Notes under the pieces: model-generated | Seen by the model: the letters and a program-made list of their open reading frames with translations, nothing else | Told to the model about the DNA's origin: nothing | The model's database searches: none | Shown here: positions 11,792 to 25,600 of the stretch, in pieces | Numbering within the stretch: position 1 is the stretch's first letter | How the letters are laid out: each line of letters starts with the position of its first letter | Assembly: GCF_006345805.1 (NCBI RefSeq) | Contig: NC_043015.1 | Coordinates: 15,314,001-15,378,000 of the forward strand | Length of the DNA stretch: 64,000 nt | Source: Octopus sinensis | Taxonomy: Eukaryota | Reading direction: 5' to 3' | Position numbers and translations under genes: made by a program

Positions 11792-14700
11792 TGCACTCAC
11801 GCATGCACATGTGGTAGCTAAATAGTTGAATGATCTCCCTTGCAAGAAAGATTATAGAGTAACCTCCCTTCCTAAGTTTTTTTAAGCATCTGTGTCATGA
11901 GACGTGATTCTTAATTATTCAAGAAGCTTAGTATTTCTCTTGGAAGTTTCTAGAATGACTAGCATTCCATTAATAAAAACAGCTTGCTAACCCTGCTCTT
12001 CGCTTCTTAGTTGATTAGACTTAGGGTCATTTACGTCATTTCTATGTCCGTCTATTTCTCTACACCACATGACTGAAAGCCACCACTTAGCTGTTATTTC
12101 TACATTTTCTATCTCTGAACTTTCTTGCATAGATTACTTCATTCAACTAGATTCTACATAATGATTCTATGTATCATCATCGTTAGTAAATAAGATATAT
12201 TTTTATGTAGTAAATATATAATTCTTGAATTTATTCTTCATCTCTATATGAATTCTTGTAATCATATACACGCAACCACATCAACACCTATATATAACCA
12301 CTGCGCACACACACACACAAAAAGTGAGTCAAGTATAAATAGATTTTTTAGCTCCTGTTTATTGTTATGTGTAGCATTCATTTATTGTACTGTGTATTAA
12401 TTACTTCATTGGCTGCAACAGTTTATACTTAACCTTCCACATAGCTTGCACCAAAGCTCTACAAAGCCAGAAAGATGAGAATTGGTTTCTTCCAGTAATG
12501 TTTGAAGTTTGTTTAGACCTTCGACGTTTTGCAATCCGAGTAAGTTTTCTTTGTACTTAATTCAAATCTGACAATGGAATAGTTTTTCATTTGTGAAGAA
12601 TGGATTGGTGATAACATCATCATCATTTAATGTCTGCCCTCCATGCTAGCATGGGTGGAAATGACTTCTTGTAATTGTGTCTTTATCTGGATGTTTCCTT
12701 TCACAAGATCCTTTTCAATATTTATAGTTTGTAGGTATAAACTATGGGACTGATTGTATGCATATATTCCAACATCAGGTAGTTCTGCCTGCCAAGGCTC
12801 AACTTGAGCTGTGCCACATCATCTGTGTTTATACAACACTGTCTCTCTCTATCTATCATAGTTTTGTTTATGTCTGTCTCGACACTAATTGGTTATACCA
12901 TATCATTGACTTTATACATTATAACAGTGATTGATTATATACAAATACCAATGTTGCAGTCTTTGGTCATAGGTGACTGGGATATTTTAAAGCAATTGAA
13001 GCGGGGGAAAATAGCCCCAAAAAACTAGGAATATCCTAAGAAACTCAAACAGATTTTTTTTTTGAGTGACTTGAATTACATTTAACCCTTTAACATTGAG
13101 GTTACTCTGTCAAATGCAATGCTTATTTATTTGCATTGTGTTGAATTAAGCATGCATTATCTCATATCTTTGTAATTTCAAGGATGTAGTTGTTTATTTT
13201 TAGAATGATATTGTTGGGTAGATTTGAGATGCCAGATCTGACCAGTTTGAACATAAAACAGGTTGGGTGTTTAGGCCAGATTGTAATGCTGACTGTATCC
13301 CTGTTCTTGAAGGCATAGCTGTATGAATAATAGTTTAATCCTGCAACATGACACTTGTCTTCTACTATAAATCAAGTGTACCAATGCTCTGAGAGAAAAA
13401 TTTGTTTGACTGGATCCCTATCATAAAGACATGCACATTTAATTATATAGTCAAAGGACATGTTTCATTTTTTCTAAAATTGAATAAAATAAATAAAATT
13501 ATGATGAATACAAACATACTGTACATAATGAATAATAATATAAATAAAATGTCAAATGTTTTGGTGCATGGCTTTTAGCCCACCCGTTATATCTATCACT
13601 GATCTATATTAACAAAAGATGTAAAACATCAGTGGAGAAAGTGTTTTTAAATATAAATTCTTTCTGTGATATGTGTCTTGGATCTAATTGCAAAGACAAC
13701 CTGTTGCTAATTTTCTTGTCAGTGAACTTGTAATTGACCTGTAACTATTGATGTTATTGTTTTAACTAACTACCATATTAAATATAATTAATAATAAATT
13801 AATGGTGATCATTTTTAAAGTAATTTTGAAAAAAAAAAATAGTGAAAAACTAGAGATGTCTGAAACTCAAACATTGAAGATTTATTTGTAAAAGTTTTAT
13901 TATTTTCTAGGCTGATGCTCAGACAGTAAGGAGAGGCAAAGGTCGAAGTGGTGAAAAGTTAGAGAAAGCAGCTGACCTACTGATGGGCTGTTTCCGAGTG
14001 TGTGCCAGTGATAGGTATGTCTTTCCATGAAACTAGCTTTCAATTGATTCATTTGACATTTCATAGTCTCACAGTACTTTTAAGGTTTTCAAAGTTTGTT
14101 CAAAGAATTCATTCTTGTGTGTGAAAATTTAGTGTCAACATTAACTATTAAGTACTAAACAAACCAATGAAAGAGCTTCTTTGTGGTCTTTCAGTCTGCT
14201 AGAAATAGCAACCAAAATCTCTTTCAAATCACACACTTGTACTGCCTAAAAGCAAGGACACATTAGATAATGTCTGGAGTAGAAAATATTAAAAAAAGTG
14301 ATAGTTATGGCAGAAATGTCTTTGATTACAGTTTCACCTGATCCAGGTAAGGTTAAATTACAACCAAGTATTCCTCAATATTTCATTTATTCATTGTAAC
14401 ATTTCTGAGTTGTAGTTTCTCTTTTCTTATCTCTTCAGTTGTCAATTAAGGCAGCAGAGCAGGTACTTTTTGCTTTCTGGCATCAACGCAAAACCAAACT
14501 TGTGATTTGTTTCTGCTAGAATGTTGCTCTGGACACCTCTGAGACTAGAACTCTCCTTCCAAATGCTCACTCATTCAACCCCTAGTTTTAGTTGGAATAT
14601 TTCATTGATGATTTAAAAGAAACAACCCAACACTTTATTTTTAAATATCACATAGAACTTATAATGTAAATTTAGCTTATGTTGCTAAACACACACGTGA

Positions 14701-15730
14701 TGTAAATTTAGCAGTCATATAAATCTTCATTAAAAAGGCTTAGAACATTCATGATACATATATATTGCTTATCTTAATTATTATTTAATTGTTAATATTG
14801 TTTATTTTATTAAGACAGCGAGCTGCCAGAATTGTTAGCACGCCAGGCAAAATGCTTAGTGATATTTTGTCCACCTTTACGTTCTGAGTGTAAATTCTGC
14901 CATGATTCATGATTGACTTTGCCTTTTGTTCTTTCGGGGTTCATAAAATAAGTACCAATTAAACACTGGGGTTGATGTAATCGATTCTCCCCCTCCCCTG
15001 CACATGCTGGCTTTGTGTCAAAATTTGAAACCAATATTGTTTATTTCGTTATGTTAATTAGTCGAGCTGCAACAGAAGATTCCAAGAAATGGGGCATGCT
15101 GAATTTAGTGAACCAATTATTCAAAATTTATTTTAAGGTAAAATGGATTTGTTTCTGTATATTTGCTTTTTATATTTATTGTCTTGAATTAATGTTGAAT
15201 GTCTTGTATTTGTGTCTGTTTGTTTTTCATCAATTTATCTTTTATTGCATGTTTTAAAAATGGTCTGGAGTTCTTCACTAATAATTGTTCAAGGGTGTAA
15301 CTTTCCAATCTTCTACTATTATTACTTACTATGATCTAAGCAACTACAGTTATAATATAATTGAACATTTAACAATATTATGGTTGGTAATACTAATGCT
15401 TAATGATGAATCAGTAGTTTCTCTAGGCCCAGTCCCACTGTGTGGCACCTTGGGCAAGTGTCTTCTAAATTAGTCCCCAGGTTGACTAAAGTTTTGCAAG
15501 TGGATTCGGTTGACAGAAACTGAAAGAAACAAGCACCCACTACACTCACGGAGTGGTTGGCATTAGGAAGGGCATCCAGCTGTAGAAACATTGCCAGATA
15601 AGACTGGAGCCTGGTGCAGCCACTGGCTTCCCAGATCCCCGGTCGAACCGTCCAACCCATGCAACCATGGAGAACGGATGTTAAACGATGATGATGATGA
15701 TGATATATATATGTATATATATGTATATGT

Positions 15731-15778
<48 letters not shown>

Positions 15779-15902
15779 ATGTATATATATGTATATGTAT
15801 GTATATGTATATATATGTATATGTATGTATATGTATATATATGTATATATATGTATGTATATGTATATATGTATATATATTATGTATATATATATATATA
15901 TG

Positions 15903-15951
<49 letters not shown>

Positions 15952-15996
15952 GTATGTATATGTATATATATGTATGTGTATATATGTATATATATG

Positions 15997-16041
<45 letters not shown>

Positions 16042-16564
16042 ATGTATATATATGTATATATATGATTATATATATTATGTATATATATATGTATATGTAT
16101 ATATATGTATATATATGATTATATATATATATGTATATATGTATGTGTATGTATATATATGTATATATATGATTATATATATATGTATATATGTATGTGT
16201 ATGTATATATATGTATATATATGATTATATATATATATGTATGTGTATGTATATATATGTATATATATGATTATATGTATATATGTATATATATGTATGT
16301 GTATGTATATATATGTATATATATGATTATATATATATATGTATATATGTATATATATGTATAATATGTATATATATATGTATATATATGATTATATATA
16401 TATGTATATATGTATATATATATATGTATGTATATAATATATATGTATATGTATATATATATGTATATATTATATGTATGTATATATATATATGTATATA
16501 TATGTATATATATATATATATGATTATATATATATATGTATATATGTATATATATATATGTATG

Positions 16565-16617
<53 letters not shown>

Positions 16618-19600
16618 GTATATATATATGTATGTATATATATGTATATATATGTATATATATGTATATATATATATGTATATATATGTCACTCGCTTCC
16701 ACAGGCTTAGCCAATACACAGGATGAAAAATATCAGCTAAGTCCTGTTCCTCTTTTCATTGTTTTTGCAAGTATCATCATCACCATCAAGCCTTCTTATT
16801 ATTATTGTTTCCCCATATATTAGCGTTATCGTTGTCTTTTGTCTCAAATGCTAGCTGAAGCATATAAACTTTCACTCACAAAAACTTATTCACACGACCG
16901 CAAAAACATCTCGCCTCAAATCTGGTCTTTCTTTCTGTCGCTTAATTCTCTAACCCATCTTTTCCCAACTTCCACTCATAGAAACTTATGCACACGATCG
17001 CAAAGCATTCCATCTCAAATCCTGTCTTTCTTTCTGCCGCCTAAATCTCATCTTCTCCCAGTGCGCGGTGCGCGCGCCCTCCCACCCCCACCACCAATAC
17101 CGGTGAACACTGTTCTCACCATCTACACCGGATACTGCAGTTACCATGGAGAAAAAAATACTCTTTTATGGAAAAAAGGTGTAAAAACATAATATCTGTC
17201 CAGTGCTGCTCCTTGTCAGATTCCCAGATATGATTCCAGCTCTGTAGCTGTTATCAATATGGGAAATACCAAAGTGAGGCAGCTCTGGACAGACTTAAAA
17301 CCACAACTTTAACAACATTGACTAAGTTGTACCATTAGACAGTAGCTATTGATATATATATCTGTGTATGTATCTTTGCGTCTGTGTTTGTCCCCCACTA
17401 TTGCCTGGCAACTGGTGTTGGTGTGTTTTCTTCCCCATAACTTAGCAGTTCAGCAACAGAGACTGATTGAATAAGTACCAGGATTAAAAAAAAATCTACT
17501 AGGCTCGATTTATTCAACTAAAATATTCTTCAAGGTGGTGCTCCAGCATGGCCACAGTCTAATAACTGAAACAATTAAAGGGTAAAAACTAGTGCACTGT
17601 ACACCAGTTGTTTCATTAAAATGCATGTGTCTTTTTCACAAGTTGTAAGTTAGAGTTAGAAAGATAGATACAACATCCAGCTCTAAAAGTATTTCTCTCT
17701 ATTTTCATGTATGTAAGTTACAAAGACCAATTGGATATGGTATCAGCTTCTTAGTTGAAAATGTTTTAAATGAATTACTTATCAGTGGCACTGAACTCTC
17801 TTAAATGTTACTGTTTAATAGCAGAGCATAAGAGTATATAAGTTAGTGAGAGATCATCTAACTGGTTGGAAGGTAACTTGTTGTTTGGTAGCCTACATTT
17901 TTCAGAATGAATGGATCTTTAATTTTGGGGTTTATTGTTACATTGGTTAAGTATGGCTGTGTGGTTAAGAAACTTGCTTTCCAGTTATATGGTCTTGGGT
18001 TCAGTCCCACTGTATGACATTTGGACAAGTGTTTTCTACTAAAATCTGTAGTGTATTTATATATATATATATATTATATAAAGGATTGTGGGTAAGGTCA
18101 GAACAATGCGAAGTAAATGCAAGGCAAATCCCAAGAAAACATATATGAATTAATGTAGACTTACTTTGCATTCAATATTTCGGGGTTATGACCCCATTTT
18201 CAAGAAACTGATGAATGTTGCCAATGTGTGTGTGGAGTGGACATGCATGGAAAGGTGTTGCTATAGCAGCCAGCTAGCTTCCTGTAACTCTCTTCTGTTG
18301 TTGATATTTGGTTTTCTTTGGTGTATGAGGATAGCCTCAGAGATTCTATGTTGCCCCCGCTGTGTTGGCCTGTGAATTCCTGGATCTTGCATTTCCGTAG
18401 ATGTTTCTTCATGGGAGTGTCTGTCTGCATGTGTTCCTTAATCCGTATATGCTGTTTTCTTGTTGTGCTTCCTATGTAGGATGCACTACATTTGCCACAG
18501 ATGATCTCATATACAACATAGGTCCTCTGGCACAATTCAGGGTCATTCATGAGGCAATTCGACAATGTGCCCTCCTCGGAGTAGTAAGAGGTGTTGTTCT
18601 TGGACAGAGCTTTTCTTGGGGAAGCCGGTGTCCATTGTCTCTATGTTGAGTCCTTCCTTGTGGACTGCATGTTGTATCGCTGTAGTAGTTCTGTCGTCAA
18701 AATGAGGTAGCTTTAGGAAGCATGTGCCAGACTTAGGAGTATGATGGTTCTTCCGGGGTTTATTGACCCTGATGTTTTTTAGGTGCTGTTGTTTGGCTAA
18801 AAATGGTGGGTAGCCATTCAGGGTTAGGTCACTGAAGAACTGTTTGGTGTTGACGGCTTTGTCAGTCATTTCGCTGCAATTGTTGTTTTTACATGCAATC
18901 TTGTTTCTCATGTATGCGGCTTTGGTGGGTAAGGCTGATTGGTAGTGGACTGAAAGTTTTCTGCTAGTGGAAAACTTTTTGTCCACATGGTTCTGGGTTC
19001 AATCTCACTGTGTGACATCTTGGACAAGTGTCTTCTACTATAGCCTAAGGCTGATCAAAGCCTTGTGAGTGGATTTGGTAGACAGAAACTGAAAGAAGCC
19101 TGTCCTATATATATATATATGTATGTATAGATTTGTGTGTGTGTGTTTCTGTTTTGTCCCCCAACCAATGCTGGAGTGTTTATGTCTCCGTAACTTAGCA
19201 GCTTAGCAAAAGAGGCTGATAGAATAAGTACTAGGCTTACAAAGTATAAGTTCTGGGGCGATGTCTTTGACTAAAACCCTTTAAGGTGGTGCTTCAGCAT
19301 GGCTAGAGTCAAATGACTGAAACAAGTAAAAGAATATATATATATGTATATTTATGTGTGTTTGTGTGTACCCTTGTCTAGACATCACATGATGGTTGTA
19401 AATGAGCATCAGTCAAACAAGCAAGGCTGTTTGTTTCCAGTTTGCTGTGAAAATTATGTCTAACTATTGGAAAATATCTTATTTGGCAAAAGGTGAGAGT
19501 TGGTGACAAGAAGTGCATGTGGCTGTTGGAAATCTGCCTTAACAGATTCCATCCAGTCCATGCAAGCATAGAAAAGTGGGCATTAAATGATGATGGTCGT

Positions 19601-22600
19601 CAGTCATATGTGTTAATCAAATTGTTGGAATTACTTTTTTAATTTGGACCATAATTTAAACTTAGAAACTGTTTGGAATTCAAACCATCTATTAAGTTCT
19701 TCTCTCTACTTTATAGTAATTTTTTTTTTTTTTGCTTTCAGATCAATAAACTTCATCTTTGTAAACCTCTCATACGAGCTATTGACAGTTCCCCATTAAA
19801 AGAAAAATTCAGTCTTTCTCAACTTGTGACATACAGGTAAATATGTTGTGTAGTTTAATAATCCTTCTACTATGTTAAAACATTTGGTTCTCATTCCTTT
19901 TCTTTATATGTCTAATACAACAAAATAGAATATGATTTGGAGAATAGCAATGATCTGCTGCTTATTTTCTAACAACTCGAAGGAGAGATTGGATTGAGAA
20001 GAGTTAAATTAGTTATGAATTATTGGTATTAAACACTATCTGCAAGGGAAGTGTGGTTAGAATTGTTGATTAGAAATTAATTAAATATAGAACTCTAAGT
20101 AAGGACTCAAACTAGGGAATGTCTATGAGATGAATCCTGGTATGTGACTGTTACTTATTTTATTGATCCTGGAAAGCTGAAAAAGCAAACAAAATGGACC
20201 TGGATGGGATTCAATATACATAACGTGAGGAGTTGTAACTAAATACTACAAGGTATTTTGTCCTACACTATTGTTTCTGCCAATTTTAATGTTAAATATT
20301 ACTGTAAGCTTTTCTTAATCATTACCATCATGATGATGATGTGTCAGTTTTCCTATGTGGGGATAAATTTAATTCATTAATATTGATGAACTTATTTGAA
20401 TACATGTGTATAACTCTTACTTGTACAAATATATGGAAAATAATTGTGAGTGGATACTATTAAGAAGATAAAATTATTAAGCAGAGCTGAGTGGTGATTA
20501 AAAATCAATAAAGTATATAACATTTGCTGAAGAGATAAATCTACAAATAAATCTGCTGTGAGACCTTATATCTGTCTGTCTAATAACTTATATAATCTTG
20601 TCTAGTTAAAATGATTTTAAATTTTTCCTTTCCATTTCTTACTAGGTTTTTTGTGGGTCGAAAAGCAATGTTTGACAGTGACTTTAAAGCAGGTGAGATC
20701 ACTCTAAATAACATGCTTGTACAATACTTCCTTTGTAAGAGTAAGAGTTTGTAGTTTAGTGATATTTATTGAAGGTGGGTTCACTGTTTCATATGTTTAC
20801 AGAGAAAGACAACAGTATCTCTGGAACATGGCTGCTTCTCCAGTTTAACTGTTTTCTGACACTCAAACCACAAAATGAAAATTAAAAAAGAAACAAATCC
20901 ATTGTTATACTTATTCATTTTCACCACTTACCACTAGTAATTTGTAGGTGGTTTACCAATAGTTTTGCTTACTTTATTAGAATTTATATACTTCAATTTA
21001 TATACTTCTGTGTTAAAAATCAATGACTTCAATACTTTTTTTAACATTTTAAAGCATTTTAACTAAAACTTGAAATCTTATTTTTACCATTTATTAATAT
21101 TGTGACTTTGATTATGATGATATAATATCATCAGCAACATTTTAATACCGATTTCCATGCTTACACAGGTTGAACTGGTTTGCCATACAACATATTCCTA
21201 ATTCTTTTGATATTTCATCAGCTTATCTTTGAAGCCCAACATCCTGAGAACTTTAAAAAAAATTTGTCTTGGGGGTCAGTTTGTTCAATTGAACCCCTCA
21301 CAGTAGTGTCCCAGCATGACTGCATTCCAGTGACTGAAACAAATAAAAACAAAGATAAAAGATTATCTTTTTCCACTGATCCTTGATCCTTTTATTTTCT
21401 TATACAAAGTCATTAATGCTCTAACCTATGCCGAGGAATGCATTCCTTGCCAGTCAGTGTTTTAGTGATCTAATTATGGATAGCAAATCATGATCTGCTT
21501 GCTTATGAGCCTTAATTCTCTGCAATGTTTATATCGTAGACCTCATAGAACTGGGACTTTTCCTCTTCTGTCAATCCTGCTTGAGGAGCATTTATTCTAA
21601 ATCTACTTAATCCTTTCTATTTTTGTTCCCCTATCTATTTCTTTTCTGATTAGACTATATCTATACTACATATTTACAACTCCTACATTTACCAGCAAGC
21701 TTTTATTTAGAAGTTAGTACTATATTTTTGTGATAGTAATCAATATTGCTTTGTAATTAGTATTGCTTATATTCTATGTTTCTAGCTGAAGAATACCTTA
21801 CATTTGCCTTTGAGAGATGTCATAAAGAAAGCAGAGGCAACAAACGTTTGATTCTTATTTATTTGCTTCCAGTGAAAATGTTGTTGGTAAGTTAACTACT
21901 TTGTATTTTGATAAATAAATGGGAAATGTTTTGTGTTTTGAAATATTTGAACTGTTTAAGTTAAAGAAACACAGAAAAGCAAACGCTTTTTAAAATGAGG
22001 ATGAAAACAATAAAAAGATAAGAGTTATTCCATTTCCATGATTGAAACAAGTAAAAGAATAAATAGATACCTGCTTTAGACTGTGTCTTAGCTGTCATAA
22101 AAATGTTTTCTGCCGTGTGATAAGAGGCTTACTTCCCAACCACGGAAGAAGTGTATGGACTGCATTAGGGACTGTGTGGAAAAATAAACTTCATTTGTTC
22201 ACATTCCATGAGAATATTTTTGTCAGCCTGTGAACTTTTCAGCTGGCCCACATAATTGAGAAAAATATTTAGAGTAGGTGTTTATAAGCCATTTAAGAAA
22301 CACACAAAATCCGTTAGATTCACTTCAACATTTAAATTTAATTTGTCAAAATATTTTCATTGCTTTGAGGCTGTAACCTGTTCACTGACTAAATTCCATG
22401 CTGCATCTGATTTTGTCAGTGAACAGATCGCAGTCTCAAAGCAATGAAAATATTTTGATAAATTAAATTTAATTGTTGTTTAGAGTAGATTCTTTGGTAA
22501 TATGTTAGAAGATACAATGAACTGTCAGATACTGATTGTTGGTGTGAATTTAACTGACCTTTATTTGGTTGTTGAGTTGGATGTTGGTATGTGTAGAGGC

Positions 22601-25600
22601 AGTAGCATCATGCTAGAGATTAAAAGCACTAAGTTCATTGTGGGTCTTGAAGTTTGTGAAGAGTTGGGAAGAGTCTGTTACTGATCAAGGCTAAAATGTA
22701 TTTTGCTCCCTGAAGAGGAAGTTCAATCTCTGGGGTACAGATTAAGTTATATGATGCAGATGAGATCCCAGTGATGGTCTCATTTGTAGAAATTTTGAAG
22801 ACTTTAGTTGTATGTTATTCATATGTAGAGAGGCTGTAGTTACAACTCTGTTTTCTTAAAATGTATAGCAATTGTATCTTTGTGTAATTAAATGCCACTT
22901 AGTTGTCTTGTCCCCATTGAGGACATCTAATCCATGCTTATGTTTGTATACATTGTATTTCCCCAGGGTTATATGCCTAAACGTGATGTTTTGGAACGAT
23001 ATGATTTGTTACAGTTTTCTGATGTAGCCAAAGCAGTGAGGTAAGTATTTAGCTTTTACTGTTAAAGAAGAGTAAAACCAATTTTTGTGGGGTGGAGTGT
23101 ATCCAACTGAGATTAACTCAATTTAATACTGATACTTAATCTATTAAGATTACAGAGATGCAAAACTAAGTTAAACCTGGCAGAATTTAAATTCAGACCA
23201 TAGAGTAGTGAAACTAAATATATTTGGTATTTGGCTCAGTACACCATTTCACTGCTACCCTATAATATCTACATTATTTATATGTAAGACTGTAAAACAG
23301 GTTTTCTTGTCTAGCTCCTTGTGAACTAAATGAATTGGATTGTTGGAGAATTAGCAGATGAAGAAATACATTAGATGAGGCATCTTTTTTTTTCTGAAAA
23401 AAAATCATTTGCATCATTTTGAAAGTAACAATTGGAACAGAAGTGCGAATAAAATTGCATTGAAGTAAAAAAGTAAACATATTGTTAATTTGGGATCATT
23501 ATCATCATCATTTAGCGTCTGCTTTCCATGTTGGCATGGGTTGGACAGTTTGACTGAAACTGGTAAGCTGGAGAGTTACAACAAGTTCCGGTCTGATTTA
23601 GCATGGTTTCTATGGCTGGACACCCTTCCCAACACCAACCACTCCAAGAGTGTAATGTGTCACCAGCATGGGTGCCAGTTACATGACACTGGTATCAGCC
23701 ACAACTATGATTTCATTTTATATTTTATATTTTTTTGTCTGGTATGTAATCAAAAAGAATTGGTACCATTATCTGCAAAAGAAATTTATATATTAGAAAA
23801 TTTACGTTCCAATTAGTTACACAAACATAAAACTAAACCCTAAGATAACACATTAAAGTTTAAATTAATCTGCTCATCTCTTATCATTTTGAACAGTTCT
23901 GCTAATTGTTTAAAATTCTACTAAATCTACTTACTAAACTGAGGTTGTAAATGTTCTTTTGTTTTGTTTCATAGTTCTGGAAATCTTTTACTTCTTAATG
24001 AAGCACTGCTACAGAATGAAGCCTTTTTTATTAAATGTGGAATTTATCTAATTTTGGAGAAACTCAAAATCATAACCTACCGTAATCTTTTCAAAAAAGT
24101 GTAAGTACATATTCACAAAAACCTTTCAGTTAATAGAAAATAAAATCATTCATTTTTTTATGTTAAAACGTGATTAACTTTTATATGAATGATGAACTGA
24201 ATACTCTTTGTTATAACCTGTTTAATTATTTATACTTGTATAAATTGTTTGATAATTTGTTTGCTTTTAAAGTAGATTGTGAGTTCAAATAATTGTTTAA
24301 TTCATAACAACTCTTTCATTGTCTGTTAGAAATACTTCCAACTACTGTAATTCCCATCATCCAACATGAAGTACCAAAAATGGTTCCATGTTTCTATCTA
24401 GTTTGTTTGCTTGATTGATTATAACTTAAGTGTCCACCTTGATTTTTCAGAAACAACTGAATATAGTTGAGGTCCTTTTATATTTATTAATCACTAATTA
24501 AGTAAAAAATAAAAATTTTATTTTGCTTGTTAAACTCCTCAAGCTGATCCCAATGGCAAGGAAATTAAAAAATGATTGGAGCTTAAGCAGATGCTGCAGC
24601 CATCATCTACCTTCACAACCTTTGAGTAATGATACTCCCTTTCTCTGTTTGTTCCACTGTTGAGGCCTTGGGTAACGATGGATTGCACTTAGTGTGGAGC
24701 CTCTACCACAAGGATTAAACTGTTTCGGAACTAAATACTGACAAATCAAATGTGATATACAGTGTTTGCATGAGCAGCTTCCACGCACAGTTTATTTTCA
24801 TTGACATTCTTATTGATACTCTTTGAAATTCTTTAATTACATTCCTCAAACTGTTGTTATATGTAATTCTGTTTTCCATTTCAGTTATTTGATCCAAAAA
24901 AGTCACCAGCTTCCTATTGAATCATTCACTACTGTTCTGAAATTTATGCAGGTCTGTCTAAAATCTCTTATGTAACTAAACTATTATACGTATCTTCCTG
25001 ATCTATATTAGTGTGTAAAGTGGTGAGTGACAGTAAATGGAGTGTTGAGGGATGAGAGTTGGTGGATGACAGGGAGTGCAGCGGCCTTAGTGCCAATGCT
25101 TAAAACATTATTATTATTATTATTATTATACTTCTCAGAGCTCTTGGTCTTACTTGCTCTGGTTCATTCTGTGAAAGTGGATCGCAGCCTGTTGTCAGGG
25201 GTCTCACAGGCTCTCTTTCCACAAGCTGTAAGCTTTTGTACTTGTAATTATTATTATTATCATTAAGGCAGTGAGTTGGCAGAATCACTTGCATGTTGGG
25301 TGAAGTGCTTAGCAGTATTTTGCCCATTGTTACATTCTGAGTTCAAATTCTGCTGAGGTTGACTTTGCCTTTCATCCTTTCGGGGTCAATAAATTAAGTA
25401 CCAGTGAAACGTTGGGGTTGCTGTAATCGACTAGTCCCCTTCCCCAAAATTTCAGGCCTTGTGCCTTTATTAGAAAAGATTATTATTAAGGCAGCAAGCT
25501 GGCAGAATTGTTAGCATGCTGGGCAAAATGGCTTAGTGGTGTTTCATCTGTCTTTACATTCTGAATTCAAATTCCACTGAGGTCCACACTGCCTTTCATC

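Larger units (their letters stand above)
7929..12442 (+). other. U12-type (minor spliceosome) intron, inferred AT-AT termini
   Basis: 5'ss ATATCCTTT at 7929; branch-like TACTTAAC at 12426-12433; frame and protein alignment require exon 5 to start at 12443. Confidence 0.85.

Noticed and set aside
12439-12446. A-to-I editing of the UAG to rescue a canonical AT-AC splice
   Set aside because: Editing could turn UAG into a Trp codon, but the AC acceptor still adds 2 nt and frameshifts.
15591-16823. Long I/Y/M/C-rich ORFs (also near 53000-54700, 58490-58900 and 62700-63400)
   Set aside because: They are translations of TA/TG/CA microsatellites.
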